Positions 54,701 to 63,700 of a DNA stretch of 64,000 nt are shown in pieces. The stretch is from Candidatus Omnitrophota bacterium (GTDB lineage: Bacteria > Omnitrophota > Gorgyraeia > Zapsychrales > JBAZNR01), in the NCBI GenBank assembly GCA_041649175.1, contig JBAZNR010000001.1:322332-386331 (forward strand), given 5' to 3'. Position 1 is the stretch's first letter. Every line of letters starts with the position of its first letter. A program made the translations under genes and the position numbers. The notes below the pieces were generated by a model. It searched no databases. It was given only the letters and a program-made list of their open reading frames with translations, and was not told the DNA's origin.

Positions 54701-57700
54701 CATCTTCTACCTGGCCAGCCAAAGTAGACAGTTGCGCTTTCCAGTTCGAGTAAAATACTTTTTCTCTCTTAACCCCATACACATGAATAATAGACAGCGG
54801 TTTACCGCCATTTATTTCTTCTAATTTTTCTTTAAGCGGGCCGAGCCATTCCATATTTAAAAAACCAATCGGCAAAGAAACAAATAAGGCATAAAGTTTC
54901 CGCTGCGAAGACTGTTCAAATTGATCAGGATTAGCGGCTTTAACCATTCCAATAAAATGTTCCCTGCCAAGATCTCGTGACCGCAAGAAAGAAAGATCAA
55001 TGCGATTGTGGCTTATTCCGTTAAGTCCGTACAAGCGCAACAAGGCGTTGGCAATATTCATATATATCGAATTGTTAACTTGCCTAAATAACCAGCTTGA
55101 GTAAAGGTTTGTAACGACGTCAACGGCGATCACTTCAACCGCGGCTTCCAAATTTTGACTTTCCGGTGCAATATTCATTAGTTTTCGTAAGCCAGCTAAA
55201 ACACGTCCTAATTGTTGCTCGATGACCTCATGCTCCTGGATAAATTCTCCGGCAACATCTCTCATGTCGGCTTCGTTGTAATGCTTAACTCGGTAAACGG
55301 TATTGCCGTCTTCGCCTAAGATCATGGTCGTATTAAGTTTAAGCATAAGCTCGACGATGTCTTTTAAGCTTTTGAGTTCAATATTGCGTAAGAATTCTAC
55401 GAAGATCCGGCGAACCGCAAAATTATTTTTCAGGTAATTTTTTTGATTTTCCGTTTTTGGAAAAGGATGTTCCTCTGGGTATCTGACCATCTCAACCCAA
55501 GGAGATACCAGGCTATAAGTCCAATTTAATTGGGCGACAAAACCGAAAACTCCAGAAATACCAAATCCCGGGACAAAGGCATTGATTGGGCTCGCTCCTT
55601 GAACATCTTCCCCGTTTTCATCGAAGGCGATCCGAATTAATCTTGCTTCTGTGTCTATAAAAACAACATCATTTCTATAACGGATACTGCCATTGACCTT
55701 TGCGTACAGCCGTTCGGCTTCTTGATCATGATGATTATGGCGCGCGATAGCCGCCAAGATCTCAATTTCGCTTCTGTGGCGTTCGTTAAACTTCTCATCA
55801 TCAGAATTTCCAAAGCGCTTCAAATATTCGGATAAAAATTCTAAGATATTCTTCGCGCGAGTCGTTCCGACAACTTCCGCCATACCGCTTAATAACCAGC
55901 CGACATAATCATATATATTGCTGTACGGCTGTTCATCATCTTCCAAGGAAACCGAACTATAATCCAAAAGCACAATAAGAAATTCGAGTTTTTCTGTTTC
56001 CTGCAAATTAAACATGATGCTGGGATCTAAAACTAAACGATTAAAGTTAAAGTCCATCCAAACCTTATCGGTTGTTGGCATATTCGCTAAATAATAACCG
56101 TCAAACTCTCCTGATAACATGGCTAATCTCATCCAAGCCTCGGCGTAATGAACGATCATCATCTTAATATTGAGAGGATTACGATGGGTAAATTGCGCCG
56201 GATATTGATACAACATTTGTAAATTGGAAAATCCGTTGCGGCTTTCATGCAGATAAATTCCGGTATTGTTTTCTAATGTAAAAGCACCTGGCTTAAGGAA
56301 AAATCGATAACCTAAACGATGCTCTTCATTGACCGCTTCAATGGTTTCAAAAAGGCGAGAAATATCCTCGGCTGGCATGGCAAGTTGCTGCTTGGAAATC
56401 GCATAAATACCTAAATGATAAACCTTCATTCTGTTCTGGTAAGGCAATTTGGCCGTTAACGATAAGGGGAGCTTTCCTTCTTCTCGGGCAACGCGCTCCA
56501 TACGAGCAAGTGATTCACTGCCTTCGGTAGCCGACTGCACGGTGATAACAGCGCCTTCGGGGATTTGTCCGTCAGATAAGATCTCTTTAATGAAATGATC
56601 ATCACTAAAAACATTGAGAAGCGCTCGGGCTAAAAAGTTTGTTTCGCCTAATTGGCTGGATAAAGCGCGGCGCACGCGGTTACGGATAGGCGCGGGGATA
56701 AAATTGTTAGGATCAATAAATTGAAGGCCTCTAAAATCAAATGTGGATTCTTGCGAGAAAACGGTTCCCCATATTCCAAAAAATAAAAACATAAGAGGCG
56801 CAAACGAATGAAGTTTTTGAGTTTTTTCTCTGTATCCGACGGCACCAGTATTGTCTAAAGCGCTTTCAAATAATAATCCGTATTTTTGGATCATAACCGC
56901 AATGTCAACTTTTTGATGCGCGCCGATAAAAGCTTGTTTCATTCCATCGATCCATAACGTTGACCGGCCTGCATGGTATTGACGATATGAAGTTATTGCT
57001 TCTGTTAAATGTTGGGCTAATTGCAACATACCTTGTTCTTCGAAGGTGCGAATGATATTTCCGTCCCCGGATTCAAAGCGGCGGACAACATCTTCAAAAT
57101 TCCATCCCTTGAACACATCTAAAAACCATCCTGTTTGACCGTGAATAATATATTCAAGCGGCCCGCCGGTAGCTGTTGCGATATTGTAATGGCCATTAAA
57201 AGCCGCACGCTGGTCGCTGGTGCCGCAGGCTTCTCTGGTGGGGCGCGGCATACTGACCCAAACATCACTGGCGGCAATAGCCTTTTGCATAAAATCAATG
57301 CCGCTTTCGGAAACGAAAACAAATTTACCCTTTAGTGCGGGATCTTCCATCATGGACCTGAATTGCCAAACCCAATGACGCCCGATATCATCCAAGCCGC
57401 GCCCGCCGATAAGAACATTAGCCCCTAATCCCGGTTTTTCTCCCCACGGCGTTTGATACATTTGATCGGGCTCCCCGGTGATCCATTTGATCAGAGGAAT
57501 GATGATGCCTTGTTCTTTGTAAGCCACTAAACGGCGCACCAAACCGACCAAAGGACGGCTTGTGTCGTTAAAGGTGAATTCTGCGCCAAAATTTTCACTC
57601 ATAAAATCATTAAGGACGCTCTTTTGTCTTTGACCGATCTCAAAGAGTTTTTGTCCGGAAATATTTTCTAAAGAATCCAGCTCTTTAACATATTCTCTTA

Positions 57701-60700
57701 AATCGCCGGAATACCAAAGGGTGGGGTCTGAGCCGTTAACGATCCCGACGATCTTTTCTTTAAATTCTGGGAGGACAACGATCTTTGTGATTTCGGCGTG
57801 TTCTTCGGCAACGCCGTTGATGACATTGGCCATGCGCGCCAAACCAATAGCCGCGTGGGCAACATAACCATCGGCAACAACTTCTCTGGCTCCATCCCAA
57901 TCGCGGATCAGATCCGGCCCTAATAAGGTTTTAAGCCACTGGGCCGGCCAAGAAGGAAGCGCCGCGCGTTCGGGAGTGTGAGTAGTCATTACAATTTTTG
58001 TTTTATCAAAAATACTTTTCTGGTTTTGGCTATTGAACCAGTCAATATCATTTTTCATAGCGGTCGCCACAAAAACCAATTGTGGTTCATTGAGCCGCGC
58101 GACATTGGGGTGGATCTCTAATTGCTTCATTAATTCCACATAGGCGCGGGCAAAAAAGCCGAATTGGCGCGTCTGGCGTTCATCGCCGGGATACAGGCGG
58201 TTGAAGATAGAATCTTCGCCTAAATGGCGGATCAAGAATATCGGAATACCATTACGATTGATCCAATAAACCTGTACGGTATTATGCGGATGATGATTGA
58301 AATCAACACTAAAGGTAAGCGGCACGAGTTGATTGCGGTTATCTAAGATCACCACCGGTTTGATGCCGGATTCATTTTGCCAATTGATCTGGACACGGCT
58401 TCCCTGCGCGTCGTAATAACCTTCGTAAAGCGGCATCACGCCGATAGCGGAGAATTTTTTCAAGAGATGATATGCACCCCAGGTTTCGCCGGTTAAAAAT
58501 CCAAGCCCGCCGGCGGCTAGGGCTTTTTGAGCCAGGCCTTTTAATTCCGGTAAGAAGGCTTCCAGGGAAACATCGGTCACGATCGGTTTGCCGGATGTTC
58601 TGATGCTATTTAACATCGGCCCCAGCGTGTCATCGGCGATAACAAAACCAAATATTCCAAATCCAAAAAAGCTTGGAGTAAAACTGAAAAGTCCCGTTCT
58701 TTCGCCTGTGGATAACTCATTAGGGACGTTTCTGTTCTGTATCTCAGAACTGTCCCTTTGAGCTATAGCCTGTGAATTCGGGGACAGTTCTGAGCGCTGC
58801 GGCAGAAACGTCCCTAAATCTAAAATAGACCGTATTAATGATTTGCCCGTAATGCGTTTAATGGCCGGCCCGTCTGTTTTTATGGAACAGCCCAGTAATT
58901 CTGATAAATGGAAGAATGTTTGAATACCAATTAATATTTTGAGAGAAACTGAATTAACAAAGAATATCGTGATGCCGCCGGCAACAAAAAGGAAGTGAGT
59001 GGCCAGCGGCGCAAATAACACAATGAGGCGTTGAGAATCAGTCGCACGTTCGCTTCTGTGGTGCCGCACATTATATCGGCTCATCAACCATGCCGGAATG
59101 ATGTGCATCAAGGCATGAATAACGGGAACGCTAAACGTAGTAGCGGCAACAACGGCGCTCATCATGGTGATGCGCGATAAATCCAACGCTATTCCAATGT
59201 TATCTTCGATTTTTAACGCGATGAAAGAAGCAAAAATAGAGTAAACGAAGTATAGTAAAGACCCAAAGCCGATATCTTGTTTCTGCCAGTAATGATCACT
59301 GATAAATCCATTTTTGTTAAGCCCTAAGAGCTGACTTTTAATATATTTGAATATGTTTTGGATTCCCAAGCCAAAAACAATCGGGCCAAAAGCGAAAAGC
59401 TTTGAAGTGCGTCCGACTTCTGCCGTAACTTTCTCAACTAGATTTTTTTGCTCAACGGAGACAACGCCGAAACGCTCGGAAGAGTTCGGGATCCAGCCAT
59501 GAGAAAAATCAGTTGTCACGACAACCGTTGGAGTTTTGACTAAGTAAGCGGCGTGAACAATAGCTGTATCGATGGTCACCACTTGGTTAACTTGGCGTAA
59601 AAGCTCAATAGTGGCCGCGCGGCTTTCCCAGTCGGTGTTGACTTGGCGGCTGATATCCCAAAGCTTTACGTTAGGGTGTTGCGAAAATCCTTCGATCAAA
59701 TATCTTAAACGCGCCGAAACCACATTTTCAATATTGGTATTAACGATCACCGTGAAGCCTTTTTGCAAAAGCTGTTCAATGATCCCGGCCCAATTTTGCC
59801 TGGATGAATCTTCGGATGATGTACTAGCTAAGAAGTTAACGAAAATAACCGGCGATGTAGAGGAAATACTGTTTCCGGTAAAGAAATCCCGAACGATTTT
59901 CTGAGTTTGAGAGAAGCTCGGCAGAATATCTGTTTCGCTGGGAAGCTCAAATCCATATTCTAATAAAGCGGCGCGAATACCCACATGAGCATCTAATCTG
60001 CCCCATGTTTGACCGCTTAAAATATTGATCACATTACCGCCGTAAATATCAATGCCATGCATATTGATAACCATGTCGTACAACGGGAAGATCACGTCAC
60101 GTAATGTCGATATCTGATAAAGGCTAGGCATATCAAGCTGGGCAAAACGAGCTGTCTTGTGATCGTTTAATTCTCGATAGGGATCCTCCATGCCGTTTAA
60201 ACTCAAGGCAAAGATGCTCAAATTCTCTAAATTCGGGAAATTATGCGAAAGTGTTTTTGCGATGATCGGTAAGTAAGCCAACATCTTTCCCCATGTTCCG
60301 GTCCCGGCATAAATGAAGACTCTTTTTACTTTTGAGAAATCTAAGCTTCGCACTTCTTCTGCTCTCGGCGTTAAATCTCCGTTATTGAATAATGATTGGG
60401 ATCTGGAATCTCCCTGCGTCGCTACAAAGCCAAAAACCGCCACAGGAACAAACGCGAAGCTGTGAAGAGCGCTGACACTAGAATTTGAAATAAAGGCTGC
60501 TGCCGGGTGATTCCCCAATCCAGCCACGGAAAGATTGGAATCATTTTTATTCGCCGGCAGCAGCCCAATATTTTTATTCGCTAAACGCCATACGCTATAC
60601 GCTGAGCCTTTAACTCTGTCCCCTATTTTTACAAACCAATCTCTAAGCAAAGAAACGATTCCGGAAATTCCTAACCCCAGCACAAACGCGGCGAGGTTTT

Positions 60701-63700
60701 GGCCGGAGTTTTGATCGGAACCCTTAGAGCTCTTGGGATCAAATTTGACCATAGGAACAATTTGTATCTGCGCTTCCATACCTTCGGATTCAACCAGTCG
60801 ACCTTGATCATTAACAAACAATCCTGCCTCTTTCGCAAACATTAACCCGGCACCAAAATCATCACCGTTTTGAAGAAGAGCGCGCACCGTATCAATATGT
60901 TCTTGCGTGGTCAGCGTATTCGGATCGATCTTCTCTTCTTTTAAGTAATTAATCACCCAATCGCCTAATTTTTCTATGATCAAAGCACGGATTTGAACGT
61001 CGGTGAGCTCGCGGATCTTTTGAGTTTCTTGGGTCTTTTGGGTTGATTGGGTCTCTTGAGTTCTTTGGGTCTTCGTCATATCCCAAAGACTACGTAGCCT
61101 AATATAAGCAAAGAATGCTCCCAGGCCAATCAGCGTTGAAGCAAAGATCGTGACAAGCAAAGTAAGAAGAACGGTTCCGACAACAATATCCAAAGCCAAT
61201 TTAGATACGAATTTGATCGTTTTGACGGCAAAGTTTTTAACACCCTTCCAACCGAACTTGCGGTAAACAATAGCACTCACGACAATCGTTGCCATTATTT
61301 TCGCGACGGCCAGACTAAAAATGATCGGATGGGACGCAACAAAACTTTCCACAAATCCTTTAAGATTTAAGAATAATCCGGCTAACATAGCGATCGTCGC
61401 CGCAACAATTGTTGTCGGGTCAAAAAATCCTCGATCACTTCTAGAATGATAATGTTTCATGCGATAACTAAGCGTCACACTCGGCAACATAGCCGTCGCG
61501 AGAGTTAAAATCGCAACGCCCGCGCCCACGTAAAGCACGATGGGTGAACTTTCGATAACGTAAAATCCGAACGTAAATATCGTCGCCACAAACCCGATCA
61601 TAAATGTCTTGGCGGCAAACTTGTGATTGTGATGACGGCGTTTCCAGGCAGATTTTAAATTTGATTTAGCAATGATCATCGCTATCGTCAGCGCGAGAGA
61701 AGCCGCGATCACAATCTTCATTCCTAAAAGAACATTATCTTCATTGCTCAACAAACCGTTTAAGGAAGATGTTAATCCGCCAAAAATTCCCAGAACCGGC
61801 ATAAACGTGAACGCGTTGAGAGCAATTTTTTTGGTGAGTTCACGTTCTAAAGCGGCGATGACCGTATTGATCATGGCGTTGGCTTCTTCTATTTCTTCAC
61901 GGGTCGTAAGTCTGCCTACCGCGTGGAATTCGGCAGAATCATATTTATTTTCAAAAGTTTCAAAGGCGGCGATCGTTTTAGAGTCGTTGATAAGTTTTTT
62001 CATGACGATCAGGCCAATTTTTCCAAAAACCAGAGACCACCAGCCGCGCTGAGCCTTATAGTTAACGCCATCGGTGCTATGAACAACACTATTGGGAAGC
62101 TCATCACGGTAATCGCTTTTCAGTTTTTTCAAATCAACAATGGCTTTTTCAATGGAAGATTGCCGCTCCTGAGCCAAGATACGCCCAAGGGATTTTTGTA
62201 ATGTTTTAATGTCTTTTTCGATAGCGTCATGAAGAGGAAATGTCGTTATGCCGTTTGACCTTACGGGAATACTTAAAGCTCTCCGGGCTGATTTTTGTAA
62301 TTGCTCAATGGATCGTTCGATATCTTCCCGGCCGGCTTTCGCGGCAATGACTTTGACGACTGTTTCACGTAAACTTACATCATCTAAAATTTGAATAATA
62401 TATACGATAGCCTGATGAGTGCCAAATTCACCTAAAGCTTCAATGGTATCAAGCTTAAACTTTTGTTCTTTTTCTTTTCTTAATAATTGCTTTCCTAAGA
62501 TCTCAATAGCTTTTTCGCCTAAAATCACTTGAACCGCTTTAGCCTCGCCGTGGCGCCTTAAGAAACGCACTTGCCAAGGCGTTGGAGTTTTTATTCCATA
62601 GGATTTGAGAATAATGCGTGCCAAAACTTTTTCATTTTTGATCTCTTTATAATTAATAACCCAGGCCAAAGCCACCACGGCTAACGAAAGCGCGAGTGTT
62701 TTAAAGCCGTCTGAACTTAAAATTCCGTTAAGATCCATCATCGCCAAAACGGGCATGAATGTAAACGCATTAAGAGAAACCCGCCCGCCGTTGGCACGCA
62801 AATCGGCCACTTCTTTCATTAGCGCTTCGTGGAATTCCGCAACCAATTTATGATCTGAGGTAGAATACAATCGTGATGTTGCGGCGATCACTTGCCTTAT
62901 CGTCGTATAGCGAGAAATAGTTACGAAGATATTGTGAACTTCCTGGGCTACTTCGCCGGGGCGAAGTTCACGAGCGTGTTGGCCAAGAATGCCTTTGGTT
63001 AAAATATAGTCCAGGTCAATATTCAGGATAATGCCTTCGGTAAAATTAGGCGCATTGCCGCGCATGACCGCTTCTAAGTCGCTGGAAACGGCCGACCAAT
63101 GGTCCATATCTTCGGAAAGGACTATGCGGCCGTGCTTGGGATAAATCCAATACACATTGCCGACCAAATTAAATCTGAGTAAGAATCCTATCCAATTGCC
63201 GCAGTCGATCTCTACGGCGCGGCTATTGGTTAAAATCCCGATAATATGCGTATCATCGCTATGATAATCAAGAAGGACATGCGGTAAATGATTGGAGATC
63301 ACGCCTTGACGGATAGCCTGCTTGATGACAGAAAACGTTCCGCCGTGATCATCAAAAATATCGAACGGGATACGAGAGGCAGTTGCAGGCTGATTCCCCA
63401 ATCCAGCCACGGAAAGATTGGAACCATTTTTAGATGCCTGCAACTGCCCAATTCGATTATTTTTTAAATTAGTTTTTCCATTTTTATTCGCGGCATTACG
63501 CGCGAGGACGATCAAGATCCCTAATGCAAAACCAAAAGCGGCCGGAATAAAGATAAAAGCTTCCTCTTGCCCTTGTTTGCCGAAATCCTTATGAACATCT
63601 TCCACAAACACCACTGTATACATCCAAGAGTTGCCGGGGCCAAAATCGCGGGAAAGACGCACCAACCCTTGTTGTTCTAATCTTTCTAAAGTTTTCTGCA

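Noticed and set aside
58686-58745. Translational bypass (T4 gene 60-like) from the UUC before the TGA at 58743 to a UUC about 57 nt downstream.
   Set aside because: Purely speculative. Shifted-frame reading across 58742-58801 gives sensible protein, so a simple pair of indels explains it better.
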